Below are positions 50,701 through 62,529 of a stretch of DNA of 64,000 nt, piece after piece. The notes under the pieces are model-generated. The model made no database searches and was not told the DNA's origin. It worked only from the letters and a program-made list of their open reading frames with translations. A program made the position numbers and the translations under genes. Source of the stretch: Anthoceros angustus (taxonomy: Eukaryota; Plantae; Anthocerotophyta); the NCBI GenBank assembly GCA_010909165.1, contig MU008159.1:2108001-2172000 (forward strand), read 5' to 3'. Position 1 is the stretch's first letter, and each line of letters begins with the position of its first letter.

Positions 50701-51472
50701 GTCTTCCCACGAATCTTGGACCATATTCCCATGGCGTTGTTGCTTCACGCACCATGGAAGAAATTAGAACGGGAGAAGCTCACCTCACCTCACATCACCT
50801 CAACCTCGAGGCAACCGCTTCAGTGAAGGAACACAAGGCCAGCGGTTGGACAACATGCACATTCCACTCCAAGGAGCTGACCACAGATCCCGTACCGTAC
50901 CACTGATAGTCGCCATGAGCAGCATTACTGCAAGGCGTAACCTGAGGTTCCAGGTCCGCCTCAGACGGCACCGTAGCAGCCAAGGACTGCTTCACCAGCT
51001 TGGCGATCTGCTGCCTCACACTCCCGCCTCCCTCCAAGCTCTGCCACACCCAGAATTTCCTTGAATGCACAACCGGGAGCTTCAGACAGGGAGATCCACA
51101 ACGCGTCCGACCCCAACACTCACCAAAGCCTCCGCCCCGTCCGCCAGCACCGCAACATCCTCCACTAGAGCCATCCTCGGCCCAGCCACCTTCCCAACAA
51201 ATCTCCTCCAATTACCACCACGCGACGCGCACAGCCTGCCCCCCCGGCCGCGGGGAAGAAAATGCTGCGGCAGGCTGCAAAATCGGGGCGCCCCCGCCAA
51301 TCCCCCGCTGCCCACAGCCCGGCGAAGGCTGCTCCCCAGCTGCCCCCTCCAACAAGAACGATCTGTAGCAGGCGCAAATCTCTCAGAGCCCGGGCGGGCC
51401 AGAATTCACAAACACGGCACAGGGTTCCCACACAATAATGTTACCGGCACAATACAGCCGGGAGTTCATCAT
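47729..51472 (-). CDS. ArgRS: Arginyl-tRNA synthetase (class I), multi-exon, with predicted N-terminal organellar presequence
   Basis: [36 protein letters not shown] (HIGH), [49 protein letters not shown] and C-terminal [10 protein letters not shown]. Confidence 0.95.
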
Positions 51473-52572
51473 GGCGATGCCGGAAATACCAGGAAATGGG
51501 AGAAACCCGAGGCCTGCAGCGCCCGCAACCTTCTCCCTTCTCCCTTCTCCCTTCTCTTCTCCCCTGCTTAAACCCTACGATGGATCCATGTGCGTTCCAA
51601 GCCTTCGCTGGCCCTATTCCACATTATCAGTGAACAGCAGAAGCGATTCATCAGGCATGCGTTGAACCAAGATAGAGGATAGAGGGCGGGACTGCGGGCC
51701 TGATCCCATGGGGAAGCGGACCCGGTGTCGGCCGAACGGGGGAGCGAGAGGTCCACGACGGGGGTCAACGACGGCATGACCGGCGGTGGGCGGTGGGCGG
51801 TGGGAAACTCCAAACCTAGACACGAGCGGGCTCCGCAAAAGGGGCTGGTGACTGCGTCAAGCCGCGTTGGCAACTGGGCAAGCGAGTTGCTCATGCTGTG
51901 TGACGGGCATGTGTGAACAGGGCCAGGCCGATGGAGGCGTTTTAGTATGTAATAGGCACGCCATGTTCTGCTCCCGTCTCTCTCCTCACTTCGGAGGTTG
52001 CAGAATTCGGTGGCCGCTGCTGCTGCCCGCTGCCCGCAGCTCGCTGCCCCTGGCTGGCTCCCGCGAGCCCCATCCGGCCAGCATCACCGCCGTGTGCTCG
52101 CCGCGTGGGCGGCAGGCTTCGCCGTTGCCGCCAGCGGCCTTCCTCTGCTGCTTTGCTGCTGCAACGCCGGCTGTGTGCGGTTTTGCTGGAGCGGGAGAGA
52201 TGTGCTGGGAAGGCGAGCGCCAGGAATTCTTCCTCACACTGTGTACATTCCGGTCGTGAGCTCTGCTTGCCCGTTCCGTTGTGAGATCCACGCTCAGGCT
52301 GGGAGCAGGAGAATGTGCTTGCTGATCGCAGCGGCATCTCGGGAGGGATATGTGTGTGTGGCGCCCGAGAGGATCCGCAGGGTTCGAACCAGTTGACGAA
52401 GCGCAGATCCAGGTGCGGGGGCCGGCTGCGTAGACTTGGATTGTGCAGGAGCGTGTTGTCCGCCAACCCTGGCCGGGTGAGATGAGATTCTCATAAGGCG
52501 GAGAAGGTTATAGATATCTGGCCGTTGAGGTGGATAGCCGGGCTGAAATCGATGTGAGCTGAAGCATTGGCG

Positions 52573-53154
52573 ATGAGGGGTGGTATGCAGCACGAGTTTG
52601 GCGGAGTGCGGCACACATTCCGTTCCGCAGTGCTTCATAGATTCCGATCCTGCCTGCTGCTCCTTTCCATCTTTGCACTGCTTGCTTCGTCCAGATTCTC
52701 TCTATGCGCTGGTGCAAGTGCGGAGCCCATCTCTCATAGCCAGCCCCCGGGTAATGGCCTCCCTCCCGGGCAGATGTTTCCCGTGAATTCTCCCGAGTCG
52801 ATTCCTCCCTCGGCCCCGGTTGCGAGTCAACGAGATCCTTCCCCTGCCCCGGCCCCATCCCCGGCCCCGGCCCCGGCCCCGGCTGCGAGTCTACGAGATC
52901 CTTCCCCTGCCCCTGCTCCTTCAGCAGGCTCTTCCAGACCGGAGCCTGGGGAGTTGCCTGCTCCGTCTCCAAGTCTACCAGGGAGGAAAGCAGGCATGAC
53001 GGATGGGGCCAAAGCGGGTGTAGCTTTGGCTTCCTTGGCAGGACTGCTGCAGCTGGTGGTGGTGATTTTTCTCATGGCTAGACGGAGGCAACTGATGAGG
53101 GGCATCAATCAGCCTGCGGACTGGGCTCAGGGGAGGCATTCACAAATTCTGTAG
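52573..53154 (+). CDS. Pro/Ala/Ser-rich (AGP-like) single-pass membrane protein
   Basis: Hydrophobic signal-like segment LLLLSIFALLAS, then AP/SP/PA glycomodule repeats (PSPAPAPSPAPAPAP, twice RDPSPAPAPS), TM helix AGVALASLAGLLQLVVVIFLM, stop-transfer RRR and a short tail. Confidence 0.65.
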   Translation: MRGGMQHEFGGVRHTFRSAVLHRFRSCLLLLSIFALLASSRFSLCAGASAEPISHSQPPGNGLPPGQMFPVNSPESIPPSAPVASQRDPSPAPAPSPAPAPAPAASLRDPSPAPAPSAGSSRPEPGELPAPSPSLPGRKAGMTDGAKAGVALASLAGLLQLVVVIFLMARRRQLMRGINQPADWAQGRHSQIL

Positions 53155-54896
53155 GAAGCCACCATATGTGTAGCAGCATCGCAGGAATACCGTCCCGTAC
53201 AGGAGGGTATAATGGCGACCGTCGGGTCATCACCAGCTGGATCTGGCCTCCATTCAACATCTGAGTTTTGTCCTGAAATAGGGCTGTGTAGGGCAGGGTT
53301 ATTGTGATTGTAGATGTGAGTGAGCTTGGATTCTGCTTTTCATCCCAGCTGCCATACTACTGTGAGATGCCCGCAAGTGGTGGCTATGCGCTCCTGACAT
53401 ACTTCTTCTATATCAGTACGTATCCTGCGCTGTGTGGTGTCATCATCTGGTCAGGCAGGAGGAGGTGAGTAGAGGTTTTGTTTGTCATCATCTGCTGATG
53501 AGTACACACAAGGGTGGCCTGCCTTCTTGGGAATGCATCCACCACCTTCTCAACTTCTCCTTCCTTCAAGGTCACCACTGCCCGCGAGGTTGGCATCCGG
53601 ATCCAGTCGGCACTGAAGGTCTGCAGGGTGGTTGAGGAATCTGCAAATCGGACCTATGTGGAACATATGCTACCAATTACACGAAGGATTTTCATTCACC
53701 GAGCCACCGGATTTTGTTGCCATGACCTCCTCCAGAAAGTGTACTTTGTGTAAGACACCGTCAGTGTGGATAATGGATTAGTAATACGCCGAAGATACAT
53801 AAATTTGTTCCGACTCCAAATCCGATCTGTGCTTGCTGACTGTAGTCGAAGTCAAGCATTAGGTACGACGGAGCCGGTTGATCCGAAACACGGTTGAGCC
53901 TCGGTACAAGCAACATCGGGATGACACGATCCCCGGGCCACACGCTAGGAAGATGCAGCATGGTAGGGACATCCTCTTTTGAAGTCATTTCACATGATAA
54001 AATCCTGGGAGCGCACATCCGATTTCACAGTCACGGGCAACGCAACTCTCCAGAGTGCACCATTGCGAAGCCCGTCATGCACCTACAACCCACGACTTTG
54101 TCGCTCACGCCACGATGATTCCTGACCAGGCGATAAAAGAATGATCCCGCATCCGCCCACGGTACGCCCACCAGTGGCCGACACCAGACAATCCGCACAC
54201 TCTGCAGTCCCGCAACAAACTCCTACATCATCCTGACTTCATCGCCGATCGCTGTCTGCAGATGGCAGCACTGGCTAAGCCAGCCTCATTCACTCACATT
54301 TAGCGCCTCATCGCATTCGCCCTGCGCCACATCCGGTCACTGCAAACACACAACTCACCGTGAGGGTTTCGGTATCAAACAAAGATCACAATCATGCGGA
54401 AGCCGTCACCCCGCTGGGAGCGCTGTCCGTCTCTTGGATGGACTGAATCACGAATGCCGGCTTCCCCCCCGTCATTACAGCCTCAGGTGAACAGAGCCAG
54501 GCTGCCAGAGCGAATGCCATGGATCCAGCTGCCGCGCCCGCGCGCTCAGGGCATGAGTGCGTGGCATGGACGTCCATGTATGTATGTACATACCCAGCCC
54601 TCGTGCATAGTTAGAAAGTGGCGTTGTAATGCCACAAATTGCAGCAAAGCGAAACCCGAAACGGGAAAGAGTAAAATAATACTATAAGACATGATACTAT
54701 AAGACAAGTACAGTATGTACTGTTGTGTGAAGTGTTTTCCCTTTCGCTTTACCCTGAGGAACGCGCCAAAGGGTATAAGAAAAGGGTCGAGCCGCGCAAG
54801 ACACTTCCCCTCCTGCCTCCTGCTGCTGCTGCTGCTGCGGCGCCCACCGTGCCTTCTTTCTCTCCCGCCGGGGACGCCACCACAGCGGCCAGGGCC

Positions 54897-56145
54897 ATGG
54901 CGGACGAAGCCTCCTCTTCGGATGACGACAAGGACTATGATCCCTTGCAGGACATGACCGCCAAGCAAGGTCCCCTCCTTACTCCCCTCTCTGCTCCTCC
55001 TCGCATCTGTCCTTTCTCTGTCCAGTTTACCGAAATGCGGAGCGGCAGCGCCGCGACGGGGCGGCGCAGCGTTGCGCCTTTTGTGTTGCGTCCGGAATTT
55101 TTTGCCTTGTTGCTTGTCTGCGCATCTGGCTGATTTTGATTCTGCTGGCTGCCTCGGATGAATCGCAGTGAAGAAGGCCAAAATTAATGCTATCTGGGAG
55201 GAGATGAATGCGAAGAGCTGTGCTACGGCAGCGCAAGAGTCTGCGCGGGCGTCCTCGTTGGCAGCTGGAGGTAAAACTTGGTTTTGTCAGTGCAGTTTAA
55301 GGACACATTGTACCTCTTCTCGGTCTGAGATGGCGCAGCGTGGGGATGCGGGAAGGATTGGTTTGCTGCGGTTGTGATCAGGCTTTTTGCCGGCCGGTGT
55401 GGGAGGGATTTGGCTCGCATCAATTTTGGAGCTATTGCATGCCAATTACGGACCCTGTTTGTTTACTTACTATTGTGATTTGGACTGCTGCAGCAAACAA
55501 AGCCAAAATTTCCGCTATCTGGGAGCAGATGAATGCCAGGAGCAATTCCACACTTGTTCAGAAATTTACAAAGCCAGCAGCATCCGGAGCTGGTGGACGA
55601 AGCAAAGTGAGCGAGGAAATTGCTGCTGCAGCGAAAGCAGCAGCGGCATTAGTGAAGACTGAGGTGCGCACTCTCTCTATTCTCGGCGGTCTATGCTGGA
55701 AATGGAAATTGGTTGTTGCCGAAAGCGTGATCAGCATAAGTCACGATTATGCTCTGAGCTTGTCACGTTTTTGCAGCCCAAAGCACCTGCGGCGGAGCAG
55801 GCGAATGTGTCAAAATCCTCGGATCTGCAATCAAAAGCAGCTGAAGCCGCAGAACGGAAGGCTAAAATGGTGGCATCATCTTCAAGAGGCTTGGATGCGC
55901 TCCTTCAGCAGATATCGAAAAAGCCTAAGATCAGTGTTCTAGATAAGTCCAGACAGGACTGGGGCCAATTCAAGGAGGAAAAGGGACTAGAGGACGAGCT
56001 GGAGGCTTACAAAAAAAGCGGAGACAAGTATTTAGACAAGGTGGCTTTCCTACAGCGGGCTGATGTCAGAGAGTACGAGAAAGAACGGGAAGTTAGGTTA
56101 GCTATGCAAGCAAAGAGGCGGAATGAAGCATCGTACAGGGAATGA
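54897..56145 (+). CDS. SWC5: SWR1-complex subunit SWC5 / CFDP1 (BCNT-C domain), 4 predicted exons
   Basis: Acidic N-terminus SSSDDDKDYDP, and BCNT-C-like KISVLDKSRQDWGQFKEEKGLEDELEAYKKSGDKYLDKVAFLQRADVREYEKER. Confidence 0.88.
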
Positions 56146-56628
56146 CATGTACATCGTCACAGAGTGCAGGGTTTTAGAAATAGCATTGCATGATCATACC
56201 CAAGTGCAGCAGGTTGCAGCCGGCCAGGTTGATACGAGCGCCATCTGCCTTTCATTCCAAGAGGCAGTTGCCTCAACTGGGCTGACATGTATTTACTGAC
56301 CAGGGATTTCGCCCCAAGGCTACTGACACGAACCTCAAAAATAACCACACAGTTTTGATGGCATTTTCCGCGTTAACGCAGGCAGGATGGATGACTTTGG
56401 GCAACAGCTTACTTATGTGCACTGTGTGTCTGCTTTTGCAAGCCTTCAGCTGGCTTGAAGCACCTGACAGACTGTGATGTTCGAATTTTTTGTCATCGGC
56501 CATACGGGACCGTCAGTGTACCAGACTGCCAGTCGGCAGGGCGACAGAACTCAGAGTAAGGAAAACAATAACGTTGTGGCTTATAGTACAAGAGGTTACA
56601 ATGACCTAGTATACAAAATGGAAAAGCA

Positions 56629-59600
56629 TCACTTCTGTTTTTGCCTATTGCTCAGAACTAGGCAAAAGAGGGCCACGACGCGTGCAACCGCACCGTAGGC
56701 AAACAGAATACTAAGGCACAGGGGCAAGTGGTCCAGCCGATACCGTCCCTTGAACAGGACCTGACACCGAGTGATTAACCACACCCCCGAGTACCTGTCC
56801 CGAATTCGGCCACCCAATGTAAGAAACGGCATGCGAGCCAGGCGCAGGAAAATGGAGGAAAAGAAACTTCCGGTATTCAAGGCTGTGTGTGGTGTACCTT
56901 TCAGCATTGACGAGGACATAAGCCTCCAGCGCCCAACGTGCAAAGCTACCGTATGCTATGTAGCGGATGTAGCCTGCCGTTTTGGTAGCAAGAAGTGTCC
57001 CAAGAATGGACACAAACACGGACCACTGCAAAGAACAACCACAGGATGAAGCACACCAGACGCGGCAGGCGCAGTGAACCGGGATGCTGAAGAGGTAGCC
57101 TGATACTCACCAACTGTGCAGGGCCCGGCTGAAGAAGAATTGCAAAAATGTAGCCAATTCCAGTCACACAGTATACTAGAGCTAGAGTCACAACGAAGTT
57201 CCACAGGAATGTAGACCGTGGATCGTTGAAAAAATAAAACAAGGCAAGATAAACAAGAGGCTTGATGACGACGTTGAAGAGATCAACAGCATCCTTGGCG
57301 AGGAAGAAGGCATATCTGTTGATTCCAGATGCACTTTCTCGCCAGTACTGAAGCTTGTCGTTGGAGAAGGTTCTCAATGATGCAATCATGCACAGAAGAG
57401 CTGCACAGATGAACGGCAACAGTTAGCTGCAACTGAGAGTCTCTGGTTTCGAGTCCCTTCAACATACAATGCACTGGCTCTCAGGCAGGCCACAGCACTT
57501 ACCGACGGCTATGACGGTGTAAGTGTACCCCGTTGAACCCAAATTCGTATCCTTGACATCAGACAGAAATCCTAGGCTGGCACCCGCCAAAAGCAAGATA
57601 ACATAGTCTTGTGCCTGTAGTCGAGCTTCTCGAAATCTTTGTAATGCAACGCTGGAAACACAAGATTTGGCATGACCGTTAGAACTCAGACGAAACGCCA
57701 CGAAATGTAGATCGAGCAGAGAAACAACAGAGTGACTTACCGCCTCAAAATCACATCAAATTGATTGAAAAAGCCCGGTGTCTCCCGTCCCGAATGATCC
57801 TCTACCTTTGTGAATGCACTCTTAATATTGTCCAAATTCACAGCCACATACACCCTCAGCTCTTGGTAAAGCTCATGAGTAAAGCTTGTAGTCTTGTCCA
57901 TTATTCCCGGAGATCCCTGCGATTTGCTTCGCTTGGAAGGAGTGGCATCAGGTGCCAGACCTTGCAAGTCCTCTGGGATTCGGTAACCATTATGTGTCAT
58001 CCACAGCACTGGAAGGATAGTTTGGTCAAAATTTGGATCTCCTGTTAAGCATCAACATCCAAGTTATTTTGCTTGACTGTGAAGGACGCAGGACACGGAA
58101 TAACGTGTACACCAGCAAATATTAAGGGAGATGTACCAAGCCCTCACATCCAATGTTGCGTGACACCACCGTACTTACCATCGGGCTTCACAACTCCCGC
58201 AAGAATGTCAAGGAAATGGTCAGGCGGATTAATTCGTTCTGGTACAACGACTCCAAGATCTGCAAAATATTCTTCAACATCCGCAACTGGACCCAAGTAC
58301 ACGGTCCGTCCACCTTTGGCTAAGAACATCACGTCGTCAAACATCCTAAACAGCCCATAGCTGCAACATGCAATATGATATGTGTGAGCAACAACAGTGA
58401 TCCTAAGTGGCTGCAGAGGCTGGTAAGAAGGTGAAGCCTTAAGCGAAAACAGCTACCTGGGTTGATGAAGGACAACCGCAACATTCACTCCAACCAACGC
58501 TTCTCGCCTTAGAGCTTGGAGCACCAATCGTGAGGATGTACTGTCCAGGCCTGAGGTAGGTTCATCAAGGATTAGCAAGGACGGTTCCATCACCATCTCG
58601 AGGCCAACATTTACCCTCTTCCGCTGGCCACCTGAAATACCACGCTTCTCCACAGTTCCCACGCGAGAGTCCCTGATATTGCCCAAACCTAGTGCATTTA
58701 TGATTCTTTCAACAACAAAAACTTTCTCTCGCTTCGGCATGTCGATAGGGAGCCTGCAGGAATGACACGCAGGTGAGTGTCCCGCTCAAAATGCACAGGA
58801 CAAAGGGGCTGTCACGAAGACATTTAACAATAATGGTCTTCCACAAAAAAGTTCACAACGCGTCATACCTATACTTGGCACTGAACCACAGATTCTCTTC
58901 CACAGTCAAGCTCCCATGGACGATATCATCTTGTGGTACGAAGCCGATGATCCGTCTATATCCCTGAATTGAACCTGGCTGACCGTTGATCCTAACATGG
59001 CCCGTGGTATAGCTGTGGTTTGCTTTCCCAGCAATTGCATTAAGAAAAACGGTCTTTCCAGCACCAGATGGACCCATCACCGCTGTTATCCGGCCAGGGG
59101 ACAACTTCCCTGTGACATTAGACAGAATTTTCTTTCCACTGCCTTTGAGGATAAGACAAAGATCCTCAAAAACGAGCTCAATGGGGGGCCGTCGGCTTCC
59201 TTGAAGCATCTCTGCATACTCTTTCTGTGCTAAGACATCCCCCATCGTAAACTTTTCACGTTCAATCTGCCCATAAGCATACTTGAAGATTTGACTGCGA
59301 CTGTGATTCAAATTAGGACTATTCTTCACAGCTCGTTCTGCCTGACGGTCTTCCACATAGCCATCCGTAGGGATGTTAACTGGTGGGGCTTCAATACTTG
59401 GATATAGATCCTCATAGTCTGTCTGAAAATCAACTGAGGAAAAATCAGTGACACTTTGCCCAAGAGATTCATCCTCATTGATTGTTGCAGAAGCTAGCAT
59501 GCTGAGCTCGCGCGATTTGGCTGCTGCTGATGCAGATTTGAAACTCCTCCCATCCGAATCAGGACTGTCATTGAACTTTGCAGGTTTGGTGCGCCTGGAG

Positions 59601-61643
59601 AAAGTCCGACTGAGCTGGCCAGAGAAGTTCTTCGCCTGGCGCTTTGCTAAACTCTTCCATCTCTCGCCAGCTGATATATACTGTCGGGCTTGATACGCAG
59701 CTGTTTCACGAGCTTTAGCTCGGCGCCTTTCCCGGAGATGCATGACATGATCGGAGCAATTATACATAAGGAGGAGCATCAGAGCGAGCACAATCTGCAA
59801 AGCATTTTCAGAAGTGAGATGAAACAGTGAACCCGACCTACGAGGCAAAACCACCCAGCATGAGAAAAGCTGGTAGAGTGAGCATGAGAAAAGCTGGTAG
59901 AGTGCTTACAATCAATAACAGGCCGTATCCATGGAGATTCTCACTACTCTGCTTTGCACCACACTTGGTCAAGCGTGAGCACGCTGCAAAGAAGCACCAA
60001 AGACAGCAGCAGAGTGTGAAATGCGGTAGACTGGTGTGATCACCCAAGCTTGACAAACAGCAAGTGAGCCAGATCCAAGGTCGAAGGGCAAATAGCTTCT
60101 TACCACTCTGGTGAGTGGACCCTTGTCTGCAGTAGTGCCTGTGTAGGTCGCGTAAACAAGGACAGCACAGCTCAGGATACAACAGAAAGTTGCAACAACA
60201 GGTCATCGATGGAAGCGAACAGAGAACTGGAAAACCTCTAAGATGACGACTTGCTCACCCTTCCTCACATTCGAGCTTTTCCGTGGTGGCAGGGCAGTAA
60301 TGTCCACCCTCACAAAAGATGCCAGGAGTAAAATTGACTCCACCCCACATGTCTGCACCACCACAGGACTGGTTGCCATGCGCAGGAGACATCTGGTATC
60401 CATACCTGGACAAAGCCAACCCCAAATGCCGTGAGGTAGCTACCACAGGAGCACCTTCCTGTTCGTCCGACACGAAAGGGTGCGAGCATACTTACGGTAG
60501 GCATAGACCACCAGCCTCCCAAAAAAATGCCAAGGGGCAATAGGCGCCCAGAGGACAAGCTACAAGCAGGACGTTTAAAGCTGTCAGGGCCTGTGAGACA
60601 GAGCCCGGAAGGTCCGACATGCAAAAAGCAGCGCAGCTCACTTACGGATCATGCATGTGAGCCCTTTGGGACAGAAGAAGCCTGCACAACATGGCTGCGG
60701 GTCGAACAGCCGCAGAGGGAGCGAGTTGGGAGCGGCCTGCGGCGAGGGGGCTAGGTCGTCGTTAGGGTCAGACGAGGAGGCTGCCCATCCAGGCTCGCAG
60801 GCCAGAGGCCAGGAGGTGTGATTACAGTTGGAATTGAAGGGAGGAAATGCCGGGTTGGGAATGGCCGCCAAGTAGGCTTGCAGCTCCGACTCCCCGCACA
60901 ACCGAGTGTTGATATCGGCTGCACAAGGGCCACCACTGCCAGCATTCAACCCCCAAAAGAAAAGGCCACAGGGCGATAAGAGCGCAGACGCGCAGGAGAC
61001 GGGAAGGAAGAGCTTGCCGTACTGTATTCGCTGTAGCACTCCTCCAGGAAGCCCACGTTTTGCGAGAAGTCGAACGCATTGTTCCTGTCCCGGATGCTGC
61101 ACTCACAGCCAACCACCCGGCCCGGAGCCTGGGAAATGTCAGCCCTGTCCGAGCCCTACCCAAGAAGCGAATCAAGGAGATCACGAAACGCAACGCCCGT
61201 CACCTGTCGATGATGCAGAAGCTGTACTGCTCCGCTACCTTCCGAGTGAGGGTATCCGCACGAGCTTTGAGCTGGTCCGCGAGCGCAGGCGGCGGGCGGG
61301 CGGGAGAACTGGTGGCGGATACCCGAGCCCGAGCCCCGGCGGGACCTGCAGTCCTGGGGACCACGTTGCCCACTCCCGGAGGAGCACGCAGCGGCGGGAC
61401 GCCATTCACGGGCAGCCGGGGAGCCGGCGGCGTAGAGATTCCTATGCCCTGGGAGCCGGCGGATCTGACGAGCAGGAAGAGATGAAGCAGCAACAACACG
61501 TTAGCTCTGCTGCGCCACAATCTCCAATACCGCCTCGGCTCCCGCCGGATCTCCTGGATCCCGCGAGCTGCCCAATTCCGAATCCGAATCCGAATCCCGC
61601 TTCCCGTCACTCTGCGGCAGCCTGCGTCAGGATCCTCATCCAT
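56629..61643 (-). CDS. Half-size ABCG transporter, ABCG24/ABCG28/NAP12 subfamily with Cys-rich N-terminal ectodomain, multi-exon
   Basis: Ectodomain [16 protein letters not shown] and FCPKGLTCM, Walker [20 protein letters not shown], signature ISGGQRKRV, Walker [13 protein letters not shown]-loop VLHQP and C-terminal TM helices. Start codon approximate. Confidence 0.92.
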
Positions 61644-62529
61644 TGCAGGCAGAATCCGGCAAAGGAATGCGTGGTACTGCGGCCTGCCTCTCTGCCGGGG
61701 ATGCTTACATGCCACCACTGCTGCCGTGCTTGGAGCCCAGTGCCCGCATTCCGAGGGGAAGCCGAAGGGGAGCAGAGCGGCTGCACCCACCAGCAGCTTC
61801 CGCAGCGAGCACCGGAGATGATAATGACGCAAGATGAAGGCCAGGCCAGGCCAGGCCCCAGCCGCCGGTCTCGGACAGGACAGCCGTCGCCGCCTTCCTG
61901 GATGGAGATGTGGGCGGGGGTTAACAGGACTGGGGGGCACGCCGTGGGCGTAACAGGAGGAGGCGGCAATGCGAAGGCACAGCGCCCAGCAGTACGCTGC
62001 AGCACTCTACCGCACTGCACTGCGCGCTGCTCTGGACTGCACTGCACTGCACTGCACTGCTCTGCAACCAGGTTGCCGCGGTTCCCGCGAATCTGCGGAT
62101 GCGGCGGCTTCTGCGAAATGGGCCAACATGAGCGGGGTGAGAAAAGCGCTCCATACGTGTAGCAGGCCAGTGGGAGGCAAATTTTGGCGTCCACGGGACT
62201 CCGGCTGGATTGACGATTGACGCGGCGAGGCGGGCGGGCTGCCCCCAAGGCGTTTTGTGGGTCCTTGTTGGGTTGACCCGACGCCACCCTGTTGGCCGCC
62301 CATGAATTTGCCCTCCTCCGCATGACATAAACGCAGGCTATTGCTATTGCCATTGCATAACCCGAGTCTTTCTTTGACTGCGTTCCGTTATGGCGGTTGC
62401 GGGAGCCGGGTCCCGGGACCCGCGCCACAGCTTAAGTTAGGGCGAACGGACGGAGTTACCTGCCGCTTCGCTTCGTCTTGCTTCTAGGGTTTCACGGCTG
62501 GACGCTAAGCTCAGTGCTCGGGCGCGCGC

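Noticed and set aside
59857-59904. 24-bp perfect tandem duplication inside an ABCG intron
   Set aside because: Ordinary slippage duplication with no evident function.
60906-62162. 418-aa plus-strand ORF and other long antisense ORFs over GC-rich genes (e.g. 29365-30489, 41620-42321)
   Set aside because: They are antisense shadows of the ABCG, WAKL and AAE19 coding or 5' regions and carry no protein motifs.
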